Assembly (NCBI GenBank): GCA_951406725.2
Contig: OX597825.1
Coordinates: forward strand, 29,078,001 to 29,142,000
Direction of reading: 5' to 3'
From: Octopus vulgaris
Lineage: Eukaryota
Length of the DNA stretch: 64,000 nucleotides
A program made the translations under genes and the position numbers. A model generated the notes under the pieces. It ran no database searches and was not told where the DNA came from. It saw only the letters and a list, made by a program, of their open reading frames with translations. Of this stretch, positions 1 through 14,184 are shown piece after piece. Numbering within the stretch: the first letter of the stretch is position 1; every line of letters starts with the position of its first letter.

Positions 1-614
1 CTACCTCCGGTTTCTGTTGTTTTTATCTATAAACAAGCACGATCAGAAGAGATAATATCTCCGGACGGTAACTGCAGTAGATTTGTATTCGTGTAATTGT
101 GTTGGAAAGCGTGTTATTTATCAATGCCTGAAGATTTCAGACACAGCGATGAGCGCGACTGATTGACTTCAACTGCGAAAGCCCTTTGAGTATTGAAGAG
201 ATTATTCACTTAACCAACACACGATTATAACCAATACTACAAATGTCTAACACACGTCTATTTATATGAACGAGTGCACATGCTTGCACGTACATATTTA
301 TGCTTGCACGTATGTATATATGTGTGGGTGTATTAATATAACAACGCTGCCATTTTCTCTTGCTTGCTCAGCAGTGAACACTAGGATTTTTTCCATCATA
401 AATGCTATTCTCTCAGTAATATTTATATAGCTGCAGATTTATGAACAAATGAGACAATGCGAGCAATTGTCTTTTTTCAAAACCTAACACACATGGAGCG
501 CTAACACTCTCCTACTGTGTTCTTTGAAATTACATACTGTTGCCAAATTCTTCTTATTGTTGTTTTTGTTACAGCTGTTTATAAATATTATTGTTATTAT
601 TATTATAAGTATTA

Positions 615-687
<73 letters not shown>

Positions 688-695
688 CATCATCA

Positions 696-955
696 TTCAG
701 TAGTTTTATTTTTATAACGTGCTTTCATTTCACTACCGAGCGCAGCTCTGTGTGCCTTGGGTATGTGCTGTGATTTGTTGTGATGCTCTGATGGTTACTG
801 TATTGAAAGTGTTCTGCGTAGGATGTGTGCAGTGCCTAGTAGTGCAATTTTCTGTATGTTATATGTGCTTGTAAGTCCTGGTGCTTTTGTTATGTATCTG
901 TCTGAATATTTTTTTATCATGCCTAATGCACCTACTATGATAGGAATTGTTTCTG

Positions 956-960
<5 letters not shown>
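696..960 (-). mobile_element. 5'-truncated RLE-type (Dong/R4-like) non-LTR retrotransposon 3' end, family L-A
   Basis: Minus strand encodes KTETIPIIVGALGMIKKYSDRYITKAPGLTSTYNIQKIALLGTAHILRRTLSIQ* plus a 3'UTR ending AAAACTACTGAA. Near-identical to 8320-8590. Flanked on both sides by (TTA)n. Confidence 0.9.
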
Positions 961-1022
<62 letters not shown>

Positions 1023-1219
1023 TACTACTATTATTATTATTATTATTACTATTATTATTTTCATCTTTATTGTTGTTGTTATTATTATTATTATTGTCAG
1101 TGTGTTTTAATCTTCATAGGATTGCTAGAAGTATTTTTGTTAGTCTTAGTTTTAATTATTTAATGCTTTTGCGGATATCATAAATGCCTTTCTTAATTAC
1201 ATTTATTCATTTCTTCCTA

Positions 1220-1383
1220 CTCTTTTACTCTCTTTTACTTGCTTCAGTCATTTGACTGCGGCCATGCTGGAGCACCACATTCAGTCGAACAAATCGACCA
1301 CAGGACTTATTCTTTGTAAGCCTAGTACTTATTCTATCGGTTGTCAAGCAATGTTGGTGGGGGGGACAAACACGGACATACAA

Positions 1384-1469
<86 letters not shown>

Positions 1470-1640
1470 TTATATACGACGGGCTTCTTTCAGTTTCCGT
1501 CCACCAAATCCACTGACAAGGCTTTGGTCGGCCCGAGGCTACAGTAGAAGACACTTGCCCAAGGTGCCACGCAGTGGGACTGAATCCGGAACAGTGCGGT
1601 TCGTAAGCAAGCTGCTTACCACAGAGCCACTCCAACGCCT
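1220..1640 (-). mobile_element. tRNA-derived SINE family A (internal CA/TA microsatellite)
   Basis: Minus-strand head with A/B-box-like motifs, body GGATTTGGTRGACGGAAACTGAAAGAAGCCCGTCG and a (TAAAAGAG)-type tail. More than 10 related copies in the window. Confidence 0.9.
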
Positions 1641-3749
1641 ATAAAAAAATTTTCAATCCTCTTCAATCTTCTTGAAGATTTATTTATTTATTTATTTATT
1701 ATTATTATTTTTTTTTTTTTGTTTCTCTGTATGTACCTGTTATTATACTTGTAAATATTAGCGTTTAGAATCGATTTATTTTTTGACGCGTCTGAATTTT
1801 AATCGCAACCCTGCGACCTGTTCACAGTCACAGTTCCACTGTAACTGTTTGAAACTTAGTGAATGGTATGTTCTTGTAGACTACGGGCTTGTTTTCATTT
1901 TTTCTTGTTGAACATACGGACATTCGCTTCTGTTGTAGGCACATTAATTATCTTTAAACTCTTGGCATCAATTGCCGTTAGTCACTTCTGCGTTGTATTC
2001 TTTTGTGAAGTTACAATTTATTTTTTATTTGTTTGTATCATTATCACCATTCGATCTCTTTCTGCTTCTACCAATTTTTCTTCTTTATTTTCATCTCTTT
2101 TTTCAATTTATGCAAATCCCGACCATTATGTAAAAAGATATGCTATTTCGGATACATTCTTCTTGTGATATAAATCTACAGTAACTAAACTTTTGCTGTG
2201 TAGATTAAATTTTAGTTTGGTCGAGTGGAGTAGAGAAAGTGTCGAATAGTAATATCGAGATGGTATCAGCAAAATCACTCTTACGTTGTCTATATTTGTA
2301 TAAACTCACGCTTTGTGTATAGCTTCACATATGCATACAACCATACACAAATAAATAAGTATATATAAATAGATGTGTGTGTATATCTGTGTGTGAGTGT
2401 GTCTATAATCACGCACATATAAGCGTGTGTATATACATACGCAGACAAGTGTTTTTACGTATGAAACTAATGCAAGTGGAGTATGGTGTGAAAAAATAAG
2501 CACTTCTAGTGCGTGGCGAATTTGTGTTACGCCATTCGAACGTCCGTTTGAGATTAGACTCGTGTTCCTTTATACAAAATGATTCAGTTACTTTCATTGA
2601 GGCGTGTAGTTATAATGTCTACACTGAGTCTCTTTTGTCTCGAACCATTGCGCTTATTTAATGTATGTTGATAAGTTTAAGGACTAGGTTTCTTTTCAGC
2701 GTACTTATCCCAATACTCCTTGAGTCTTTCACTAATACTTCGAGTGGTCTCTACAATATAGGTTTCAAAGTGATTGAAAATGACTCCCCCTTGCCAACAT
2801 ATACGATCTTTCTAATCTTGCAGCTGGCATTTGGGTTTGTGGAACGTATTTTATCGACAATTTCCACAGGTGTCTCTATCAACAGAATAACACTTATACA
2901 TGACTATGGAATAATTTGTGGGAAATTCAACTACTATCTTTTAAAGGTCGATCGATTACTTAGAGAATCCCTGATTGATAACGGTAGCCGTGATAGAAAA
3001 TTTTGTGGTGTATTCGCCGTGATGGCGGTGGTTGTGTCTGCTACTGGCATCATGTAAACCGGTACAACGGAATGATCAACGAAATGAGAGGAAGTTACAA
3101 GGGTGAGATGGTGACTCAAGAAAATTACAGAGATCACGCGACGCGAGCAAAGTTTTTGTATTCAGCGATCAAAAGTATGAATAGTCCGACCGTAAGAAGC
3201 TCCAGGGTTAGATGTGGAAATCGATCGTATTGGGAACCTCGACTGGTTGGGATTGCTTGCGCAACCGCGTAAAAGGAAAATGATAATGATGAGGAGGACA
3301 ATTGTTGAGAAGGACGTAGTGTTCTGATATTGGTGACCGTGTATATAATTTTGTTGTAGAGGCCATTTTTGGTGCTCCTGTATTTGTTATCAAGCGTAGT
3401 ATCAGAAGAGACCTATGATCAAAGCGTCCCAGCCTTGAACATCCCATCTTTATTTCAGATACAGTGTATCTCTGAAATAACGAATCTTTCCAATTTTTTT
3501 TTTTTTTTTACAAACTGAAAGTTGTCACTTTGAAGTTATTCAGCTGTATTTCTAGCAAGTCAAGCCTCCATATACAGGCCCTCTGTTTTTGACTCATCGA
3601 TGATATTGTTATCATCGAGGATGGCGGTGGCGGTGATTGTTGCTGGTGGCGGTGACGGTGGTTGTGTGTGGGTATAACGGTATAGATTCCTCTTGAAGTG
3701 CTCTTCATCGTTAACGTTATGTTGATTAGGAGGGAGGTAACGAAAGAAT

Positions 3750-3789
<40 letters not shown>

Positions 3790-4156
3790 AATTAAACATA
3801 CAAAGTAATCACCACGTAAAAACCAACTACAAAAACAATAAGAGCAACAACAACAACAACGACAACAACAACAGTAACAGCAACAACAATAACAGTAATA
3901 AAACCAGTTTCGTCCAGTTTTAATCTGTATGCCGGGTGAGGAAAAGGGTGGATATACCGTTTTATTGAAACTAGGATAGTTTTATTACTTTTTGCATTAA
4001 TCAAGCGAAGCCGAAACTTAAGTAGGAGTATGTATGCTTCTACGTGTATGTATATGCATTTATATATACATATACATACACATATACATATACATGAGTA
4101 TATATATATGTATATACATGTGTGTGTGTTTGTATGTATGTATGTATGTACGTATG

Positions 4157-4206
<50 letters not shown>

Positions 4207-4305
4207 GACATATTTAATACATACATGTGTGCATACGCGTGCACAAACGCGTACACATTCATACACACACATACATATTTATATATATATATACATATAA
4301 ATACA

Positions 4306-4349
<44 letters not shown>

Positions 4350-4384
4350 TATATATATGCATCTATATATATACATATACATAC

Positions 4385-4419
<35 letters not shown>

Positions 4420-4466
4420 CATATATAAATATATATATATGCATCTATATATATACATATACATAC

Positions 4467-4523
<57 letters not shown>

Positions 4524-5371
4524 CTATATGCATACATGTATACGAATAAACGAGTGTATGTTTATATGTATGCGTATGTGTGTGTATGTGTGTGTGTTAG
4601 AGTGTACAAACAAATAAACGCAGAAAAAACACAAACACAAGTATATATATACACAAACACACGCATACACAAAAAACCTATCATGTGTTTAAATATCTTT
4701 AGCTTCAACAAAGAACAAACAAAGACACTAACAACAAAATCTTCACCGCCGCTACCACCACCACCACCACCACCACCATACCGCCACCACCACCACCACC
4801 ACCACCACCAAAACCACCAATGCCGCCGCCGCCGCCACGACAGTATAAAACATCAAATAATTTATCGATGATCCTATGTTGTTACAAAATGAAGAAAAAA
4901 CAAAATCGCTCACCATTTTCTGATTCTAAGAGTAGTGGGGTAGACGCAAGTGAAGTGGTAAGTTATTGCTTTGTATGTTCTAGGTGGTGAAACCCATCTG
5001 TGAGCAGTTTTTTTTTCTTTTTTTTGAAGGGGTTTCGGTTAAACCCTATATATATATATATTTTGTTGTTATTAAACTTTAATTTTTATGCCTTACTGAA
5101 ATTAATCTCAATCTCGTGGTAGTTCTTGGTCTGATTGTTATTGTTGTTGTTCTTATTGTTGGTGGTGTTGTTGTTATTATTGTTGTTGTTATTATTGTCG
5201 TCGTTGTTGTTGTTGTTGTTGTTGTTAGTGGTGGTGGGGGTGTAGGAGGAGGTGTTGGTATTGTTAATGTTGTTGTTAGTGTTGTTCTTGTTGTTTTGCG
5301 TCTTCGACTTACTTTTTTTTTATGTTGGTGCATCTTGTTTCTTTAATGATTGTGCAGATAAAAGTGATTGA

Positions 5372-5416
<45 letters not shown>

Positions 5417-5777
5417 GACGGTAATGATGGATGTGGTGTTCCTAAAGTGACGTGCACAACCACTGCACGAGTGCATGTGTATCCACACTCACTGACACAC
5501 ACGTTCACACACACATACACACGAACACAAGCACACATACACACTCACACACGTTTACACACACGCACACATTCATATACAAACGCGCATACACACACAC
5601 ACACACATGCACATATGCACACACCAACCAATTTAAATACACATAAACCTCAAGAACTATCATCATTGAAACAAAAGAGGATTGCCACTTTGTTAATGAC
5701 AGGTTCGGACTCTGCAAAGGAAAAGAAAATATTAAAAGTCTCTTAAAGAATAACACATATAAGCACATACATACATC

Positions 5778-5897
5778 ATTTTACGAGGATCCACTTTACG
5801 AGATCATGATTTTACGAGCTTTTACAAGTCACATTTTTTGTTTACGAGATTTCGCTTTACGAGCGTTCTCCGGGAACGAATTAACTCGTATATCGAG
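5778..5897. mobile_element. pogo/Tigger-like DNA transposon end fragment
   Basis: Five TTTACGAG subterminal motifs followed by GGAACGAATTAACTCGTATATCGAG, resembling Tigger-type termini. No partner end seen. Confidence 0.5.
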
Positions 5898-5912
5898 TCA
5901 TATATACATGCA

Positions 5913-5943
<31 letters not shown>

Positions 5944-5958
5944 CATACATACATACAT

Positions 5959-6320
5959 AACTCTTTGAAATTCAAAGAAAAAGAGGATATCTATGGACAC
6001 TGCTTCGAAACCTCCAGCTCCTATATCCAGACTATGAATTCATATTCATATCAGTAATAATTGGAGCACAAGGTTTTGTTAGTAAATGCTTAAATGAGAA
6101 TCTGGATAAACTGGGATTTTCAGAAAGAGAAATCGGCCGGCTAATTCGTACATTACAAGTGCAATCTGTGACTGGGACAGTAAAAATATGTAAGACTTTT
6201 CTCAGGTTCCAAATGTGAATTTGTCTGTGTTAACTACATCCCAAGGATGGAGCCTTGTATCTTTGTTGGAAACTGGCTCTTCACTCAGTGGAAGATTTAT
6301 AATAATTAAAAAATAAAAGA
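5959..6320 (+). mobile_element. RLE-type non-LTR retrotransposon 3' end, family L-B
   Basis: Reads SLKFKEKEDIYG, frameshift, then LLRNLQLLYPDYEFIFISVIIGAQGFVSKCLNENLDKLGFSEREIGRLIRTLQVQSVTGTVKICKTFLRFQM*. This is an RLE-LINE C-terminal IIGAxG motif. Flanked by (CATA)n-like repeats. Confidence 0.8.
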
Positions 6321-6469
6321 TATACATTCATACATATGTACATACATAAATTACATGAATTGCTTGCTTGTTGCAGTCTAAATTGCAACGAAAGAGTCTT
6401 GAGTTTGAAGCAGGGTTTTTTTCTCTGTTGGTGAGTAATTTGAAGAATAAAACCGGAAAATGTGCACAC

Positions 6470-6841
6470 AGGCAGCGTAGTAAGAAACTTAATTCCCAAC
6501 CATATGGTTCCTAGTTCAGTCCCACTGCAAATACTTCTGCTCAATCTCGGGCCCACCAATGCGTTGTGAGTGGATTTGGCTGACGGTAACTAAAAGAAGC
6601 CCGTCGGAGATATGTATATGTGCGTGTGTTTTTGTGACAGTGTTTGCTCCTCACTTCCGCTTGACAACCGGTATCGGTGTATTTCCGTCTCCGTAAGTTT
6701 GCAGTTCGACGAAAGAGGCTGATAAAATAAATACCAGGCTTGCAAAGGTACTGCAGGGTCGATTCCTTCGACTAAAAGTTCCTCAAGGCGATGCCCCAGC
6801 ATGGCCGCAGTCCAATGACTGACACAAGTAAAGAATAAAGA
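6470..6841 (+). mobile_element. SINE family A, diverged copy
   Basis: Similar to the reverse complement of 1220-1640 and 32121-32533. Confidence 0.85.
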
Positions 6842-6844
6842 CAC

Positions 6845-7175
6845 TCTCAACGAAAATGAAGGACGACTTCTTCGGGATCTTTAGTTTCTATTCGTAGATT
6901 ATACATTCACATTTATACCAATAATAATTGATGCCGTTAGTTTTGATTGAAAATGTCGAAGTGACAATCTAGATAAGCTGGGGTTTTCATTAAAAGACAA
7001 CAACTTGTTAACAAATACTATTTTTGCGCGGAACAGTAAAAATATACAAGACTTTTGTCAAGTTTAAAATGTGATATTATTTTTGTTATCTCCGATCCAA
7101 CGTTGGAGCTTTGTATCTTTGTTACAAACCAGCTCTTTACTTACAGGAAGTCTTTAAATAATTAAAAATAGAAGA
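6845..7175 (+). mobile_element. Second, more decayed L-B LINE 3' end
   Basis: GRLLRDL*FLFVDYTFTFIPIIIDAVS...DNLDKLGFS. The 3'UTR (TGGAGCTTTGTATCTTTGTT...AATAATTAAAAATA) matches 6250-6320. Confidence 0.75.
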
Positions 7176-7197
7176 GAACATATATATATGTATATAC

Positions 7198-7600
7198 ATG
7201 CAGCATCACAAATGCCTTGTCTACGACCGGAAGATTTACAGTGGAAATATCCAGAATGTTAAGAAACAGCTGGGTCTAATTACATTTTCATCTGATACTG
7301 AAATGGAATTTGGCCAAAAGAAACGTACATGCTTGATAGATGAACGTGGGAAAACTGTTTACCGGACCGAAAACTTTTACTTCAACGGTCTCCCTCTCTC
7401 TATTTCCTTTTAACGCAAGTAATGAGTGATACAAATACGTTGGTATTGATGGAAATGTACCATAGAAAGTTTATGGATCTAAGAAGGACTGACCAAAAAC
7501 GCATCACAGCTGTCTTTGAAACATGGTTGCGGAGCTTTCCGTTTCGAAATAAACAAGGCATTTGTTGTAGCAGCATTAGTATCTACATTTAGAATATTTA
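7198..7600 (+). pseudogene. Decayed reverse-transcriptase domain fragment of an RLE-type LINE
   Basis: VYDRKIYSGNIQNVKKQLGLITFSSDTEMEFGQKKRTCLIDERGK resembles the (F/Y)xDDLKLY...FSxDIGMxFGxxKC region of R4/NeSL-type RTs. A YKYVGI motif lies downstream. Confidence 0.65.
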
Positions 7601-7719
7601 GTTAATAACAACAATAATAACATCAACATTAATGATACTAATAACAACAGCAACAACAATAACAATTTTGACAATAAGAATAACAAGGACAACAGCAGCA
7701 ACAACACTAGTAATATAAA

Positions 7720-8068
7720 TACTTTCTAATTTTGGTTGAAGGCCAAAAATTTTGAGGGGATGGGGAAGGCGATCATATCGATCACGTGCTTAAGTATTTG
7801 CTTCATCAACATCGAAAGTATAAAAGGTAAACTCGACCTCAATAGTATTGGAACTTGGAACGTAAAGCCAGAAGAAATGCTTCTAAGAATTTTGTGCGAC
7901 GTGATAACGATTTTGCCAGATCACCGATTTAATAATAATAATAATAATAATCTTTTCTATCATAGGCACAAAGCCTGAAATTTGTGGGAGAGAAGGATAG
8001 TCCATTACATCGACCCCAGTACTCAACTGGTACTTAATTTATCGACCCCGAAAGGATGAAAAGTAAAG
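7720..8068 (-). mobile_element. Two SINE family B (Meta-domain-like core, TAA tail) copies
   Basis: Reverse complement of the core TTTCATCCTTTCGGGGTCGATAAATTAAGTACCAG at about 8025-8062. An older copy lies at 7720-7930. Confidence 0.75.
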
Positions 8069-8070
8069 CT

Positions 8071-8590
8071 ATGGTATAGGCACACACCAGAAAAGGTCAC
8101 AGAAAACGAGAAAGCAACCATACTCTGGGATATGCCGATACACACAGATAGAGAAATTAAGGCCAACAGACCAGATATAGTTGTCAGAGATCACGAAGAA
8201 AAAAAATGCTTTTTAATTGATGTATCAATACCGGCAGATGACAACGTGTCTCTAAAAGAAATGGAGAAACTCTCAAAATACAAAGACCTGGAAATAGAGG
8301 TAACTAGAATGTGGAATCTGAAAACAGAAACAATTCCTATCATAGTAGGTGCATTAGGCATGATAAAAAAATATTCAGACAAATACATAACAAAAACACC
8401 AGGACTTACAAACACATATAACATACAGAAAATTGCACTACTAGGCACTGCCCACATCCTACGCAGAACACTTTCCATACAATAACCATCAGAGCATCAC
8501 AACAAATCACAGCACATACCCAAGGCACACAGAGCTGCGCTCGGTAGTGAAGTGAAAGCACGCTATAAAAATAAAAATAAAACTACTGAA
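8071..8590 (+). mobile_element. RLE-type (Dong/R4-like) LINE 3' end with intact PD-(D/E)xK endonuclease domain, family L-A
   Basis: Open frame 8072-8485: WYRHTPEKVTENEKATILWDMPIHTDREIKANRPDIVV...FLIDVSIP...EKLSKYKDL...IPIIVGALG. The 3'UTR is followed by (TAA)n. Confidence 0.93.
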
Positions 8591-8631
8591 TAATAATAAT
8601 AATTAATAATAATAATAATTAATAATAATAA

Positions 8632-8811
8632 TCTTTTCTGCTACAGCCACAAGGCCCGACATTTTTGGGGAGGGGGCCAGTCGATTAGATCGACCCCAGT
8701 ACTCAACTGGTACTTAATTTATCGACCCCAAAAGGCAAATTCGAGCTCGGCGTAAAAATACCGCTAAGCATTTCGCCCGACGTGCTAATGTTTCTGGCAG
8801 CTCGCCGCCTT
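8632..8811 (-). mobile_element. SINE family B, internally deleted
   Basis: Head GGCGGCGAGCTGCCAGAAACATTAGCACG on the minus strand, plus partial core. Confidence 0.8.
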
Positions 8812-9488
8812 CATAATAATAATAATGATAATGATGATGATGATGATGATGACGACATTGTATCCAAAAATGCATTTTCAGCTGCAATACTTGTACCAAA
8901 ATTCAGACTATTTTGGTGGAACTACACAGATAATTCATTACATGAATATTAAAAACTACAAGCTTTTAAGATTAACTGGAACCTTTCACTATAATAATGG
9001 CGTTTATAGATTCTTTTTAGGACAAGACGATAGAGAACCTACGAGCGTAACATTCAACCTTTCAAAAAAAGATATCACCTCTAAACTTGCAATTGATGTC
9101 AACGTTCACAGGGAAACTGCAATATCTCTTTATCATATTATGTTACATATTGCGGCAGTTCCAAAATTTTGCTTTCACAGTCTTCCTAAGATCATAATTG
9201 CCAAATGAACAAAATTACCTAAGAACATTAAAACCGCTAATATTTGACCAAATATTCGATTATATACTATTTCTGTAGAAAATATCATATATAATCAACT
9301 GCTCTCTTCCAAATTCCTTCGGGTTATTACGCTTTAGATGAATGATGTTCCTGAGAAAGCAATATACGCAGGAAGGACGGTGCGATAAATATCGTACAAT
9401 TTCACGATTAGCTTTGAATACATACATTCGGAAAAAATTTCACGATCAGCTTTGAATACATACATTCGAGAAAAAATAACCTAAGAAT

Positions 9489-9875
9489 GGGAAGCACTCC
9501 GTCGGTTACGACGACGAGGGTTCCGGTTGATCCGAATCAACGGAACAGCCTGCTCGTGAAATTAACGTGTAAGTGGCTGAGCACTCCACAGACACGTGCA
9601 CCCTTAACGTAGTTCTCGGGGATATTCAGCGTGACACAGAGAGTGACAAGGCCGGCCCTTTGAAATACAGGTACAACAGAAACAGGAAGTAAGAGTGAGA
9701 GAAAGTTGTGGTGAAAGAGTACAGCAGGGATCACCACCATCCCCTGCCGGAGCCTCATGGAGCTTTAGGTGTTTTCGCTCAATAAACACTCACAACGCCC
9801 GGTCTGGGAATCGAAACCGCGATCCTATGACCGCGAGTCCGCTGCCCTAACCACTGGGCCATTGCGCCTCCACAG
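9489..9875 (-). mobile_element. tRNA-Arg-like SINE family C, full length with 9-bp TSD
   Basis: tRNA-like head with A and B boxes and TCG in the anticodon-loop position. CCTAAGAAT is duplicated at 9480-9488 and 9876-9884. Near-identical to 61018-61393. Confidence 0.92.
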
Positions 9876-10129
9876 CCTAAGAATATTGGTGAAATATTCC
9901 CATAGAATACAAATTCAGTAGGAACGAAATAATCCGCCGCGGTCGAGACACTACAGTCTAATCAAAACTGCAACCAAATCTACTTCAGATTACGCCTTAT
10001 AAATGATTCCGAAAGAATTACCTATAAATGATTTCGAAAGACTTGAATCCGATGATACCCAGGCCGAATGAAAACGAGAAACAGTTGAAGATTAGTCACG
10101 AACGTGTTTTTATAAGTTTTAGGAGCTTT

Positions 10130-10543
10130 TCTCTTTACTCTTACTCTTTTACTTGTTTCAGTCATGTGACTGTGGGCATGCTGGAGCACCGCCTTTGGTC
10201 GAGCAAATCGCCCCCAGGACTTATTCTTTGTAAGCCTAGTACTTATTATATCGGTCTCTTTTGCCGAACTGCTAAGTTACGGGGACGTATACACACCAGC
10301 ATCGGCTGTCAAGCGATGTTGGGGGGGACAAACACAGACACAAACAAATACACACACATACACATATATATACATATATACGACGGGCTTCTTTCAGTTT
10401 CCGTCTACCAAATTCACTCACAAGGCTTTGGTCGGCCCGAGGCTATAGCAGAAGACACTTGCCCAAAGTGCCACGCAGTGGAACTGAACCCGGAACTATG
10501 TGGTTGGTAAGGAAGCTACTTACCACACAGCCACTCCTACGCT
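10130..10543 (-). mobile_element. SINE family A, full length
   Basis: Matches the other family A copies end to end. Confidence 0.92.
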
Positions 10544-10938
10544 TTCCTTTTTTTTTCCTCTACATACTCTTCCATATAAAGAATGGAGCTGCGTGTGGAT
10601 ATCTTATGAGGTTTTTTTTTCCTTTCTGTGAGAAGATACAATTTCCTGTTTCTCAAAACGAGACAAAAGAGCAAACTCAGAAATCATGGATGTCTACGCT
10701 GTTTTCATCGAATGCTGTTTTCTGTAACTGCTTCCCAAACGATCGGAGTAGTGTTCCTCGCTTTCATATCATACTCGTACGCATCCGCATGCATCCGTAT
10801 GAGTGCGAGTGATTATAGAGTGGGAGGGAGTGTGTGTTTATGTGAGTACACACGCGCTCGTGTATACATGCATGTGCTATGCATATACATATATTTATAT
10901 ACGTATATGTGTGAGTGTACCTGCACACACACACACAC

Positions 10939-10972
<34 letters not shown>

Positions 10973-11055
10973 TATGTATATATGTATATATATATATATA
11001 GGAAAGTATATATGTATTATATATATGTATATATATACATATATATATATATATG

Positions 11056-11089
<34 letters not shown>

Positions 11090-11578
11090 CTTACACAAAT
11101 ATACGTATGTATATTCACACAAACACAGGCATATATATATATAATATATATATACATATAATTGACGTATGTGTGTGTTGCAATCACAAATGGCAGCTGT
11201 ATGAGAACTTATACCCAATTGAATTCACTACCTGCACCCTATCACAGAAGCAATACTGAAAATACTAGCTTAAGATACAAGAATAAAAGCTTGGTAGTGC
11301 TCCATCGACTCTGTCAACCGTGACACTTCACTGAAGCTTATCGATGTGCAATAAATCTATGTTATTAAACAACACCTCAACACGGATGGTCATGCATTTT
11401 CATAAAGGAGGAAAGCAAAATAAAAAAAAAAAAGCAAAAAAAAAACTAGTTAAAAGTGAACCGACGAGAAGTTGAGGCTGTGTATAATATAATGCACACG
11501 CGCTTATTAGCATACGTCATTAGAGGCGAAGCGATTGAGAGAATATAACCTAGACAGAAATAGTTTGAAAGCCACGAC

Positions 11579-11650
<72 letters not shown>

Positions 11651-11686
11651 CATAATAATAACAATAGCAATAACAATAACAATAGC

Positions 11687-11736
<50 letters not shown>

Positions 11737-12063
11737 TGATAATAATAATAATGATAATAATAATAATAATAATGATGATAATAATAATAATAATGAAGTA
11801 TTGAGAAGAAAGTAGAAAATGTGTCAGAGAAACATCATAATGAAAAAGTTTTAAGTTCGTTGTGGCAATTTCTTTTATTTTACATAATACAGTTGTTTTG
11901 TTTTGTTTTGTAATTTTGTTTTTTTCTTTCTTTTCTTTTTTTTCTTTTTTTTTTTGCTGTGTGCTGGTGTTGATGTTTTTTAAACTAAAACTTAGCTTTT
12001 AGGAAATCTGAGCTGAATCATTAATGCCCACAAAATATAATACGGCGTGCGTCGTGTGTGTGC

Positions 12064-12167
<104 letters not shown>

Positions 12168-12330
12168 CACTGAAGAATGGTGAGTGTGCGTTGCCGTTAC
12201 AGATGTTAGTACAGACGAAGAAAGACAGAGAAAAGTTGTGTGTGTGTGTGTGTGTGTAGATAAATAGATACATAGACAGATAAACAGACAGACAGAGAGA
12301 TAGATAAATAGATATAGAAATACATATACG

Positions 12331-12362
<32 letters not shown>

Positions 12363-12408
12363 CACACATATGTACATATATATGCATATATATATATTTA
12401 TATATATT

Positions 12409-12462
<54 letters not shown>

Positions 12463-12503
12463 TTATATATATACACCTATATATATATCTATATATATAT
12501 GTG

Positions 12504-12535
<32 letters not shown>

Positions 12536-13072
12536 TATATATATATACTGATACATATATGTACGTGTACGACGTGTATGTATTTATATAAAGAAACGAA
12601 AATGAAACACGGGTATGTGTATTATAAGTGAGTAGGGTCAATTCATAAATATGATACACACATACACACACACACACACACACAGATTCATATGTATATA
12701 ATCATCTGTTCGCGTGTGTATAGCACATATATACAAGTAAAGATTTCAAACAGTATTTTGACTATAAATCAATGTTTACATTCGTGTAAGTCTTTCCCTC
12801 ATAGTAGGTGTATATGTTTTTGTGTGCGTGCACTCTTAATGAATAAGTTAGTCCTTCATGCAGTTTTATATTCAGATCACCACACTCTTGGACGGCTTTG
12901 GTGAAATCTGAATTCATAATCACTGACATCTGTTGCAAGAAAAACTTCTATAATAACATATACAGGATAATTTTGTATGTACTAAATATTTCTGTATAAT
13001 GTATATGTAGATAAACGTAAACGCTACGCCCACAAACACTCATATCTATCTATCTATCTATCTATCTATATG

Positions 13073-13172
<100 letters not shown>

Positions 13173-13264
13173 TATATACATATATATACATATATATATA
13201 TATATCTATATATATATACACACACGTATATATATATACATATATATATATACATATATATATG

Positions 13265-13297
<33 letters not shown>

Positions 13298-13411
13298 GTA
13301 ACTATATGTGTGTGTATGTGTGTGCGTGTGTGTGTGAGAGAGAGTTTTGAAACATAAAACTCAGAATTCGATTGAATGAATACATTGTTATACATACATA
13401 CATATATACTT

Positions 13412-13464
<53 letters not shown>

Positions 13465-13619
13465 ATATGTATATCTATGTATGTATGTATGTGTAGGAGT
13501 ATGAATATAAATAAATAAATAAATATTTGCATATTTTATGTATGGTTATATATGTGTGTGTATGTATATATCTATTACATACCTTTACCATCTTCCATGC
13601 CTACGAAGTTTTATGTATA

Positions 13620-13679
<60 letters not shown>

Positions 13680-13974
13680 CATATGTGAGAGCAGTAATGC
13701 ACTTCAGTACTCTTGGCAATATCTGATTTTTATACCAGTCGTCGAATAAATTAAATACGTTTTAAAGTTGCTGCTAACGTGAGGTATCTAATATTTAACG
13801 ATCAAGATCACCAGTATATCAACATTACTTCAAGTGAGATTTTTTTTAAAGATAACCCATAAAGAGAATGAATAGATAAATAACTAAATAAATTCATATC
13901 CCACGGCTGGTAATAACCACTTACACACTTTTCTCTATCAGGTTAGTTTTTCTGTGTGACATGAAATTTCATGT

Positions 13975-14180
13975 AAAGCTGGAAGAATTGTTACCATGTC
14001 GGACAAAATGCTTTGCGCCATTTCATCCGTCTTTACATTCTGAGTTGAAATGACACCAGGGTTGTCTTTACTATTTATCCTTTCTGGATCCGTAGAATAA
14101 GAACCAGGTGAGCACTAGGGGCGATGTAATTGACTCACACTTTTTTCTAAATCTGCTGGCGTTGTACCAAATTATGAAAC
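13975..14180 (+). mobile_element. SINE family B, old copy
   Basis: Degenerate head, TTCTGAGTT motif and core. Confidence 0.65.
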
Positions 14181-14184
14181 CAAT

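Noticed and set aside
2665-3272. ORFs of 130 aa and 89 aa in unique sequence
   Set aside because: No recognisable motif or clear exon boundaries. Lengths are compatible with chance.
8825-9208. 127-aa ORF with a TTTTCAG acceptor-like site
   Set aside because: It starts in an (ATG)n repeat, has no recognisable domain and no clear donor. Roughly one such ORF is expected by chance.
9800-9872. tRNA-Arg-like sequence (also 61021-61092)
   Set aside because: It is the head of a TSD-flanked SINE, with no proper acceptor stem or terminator.
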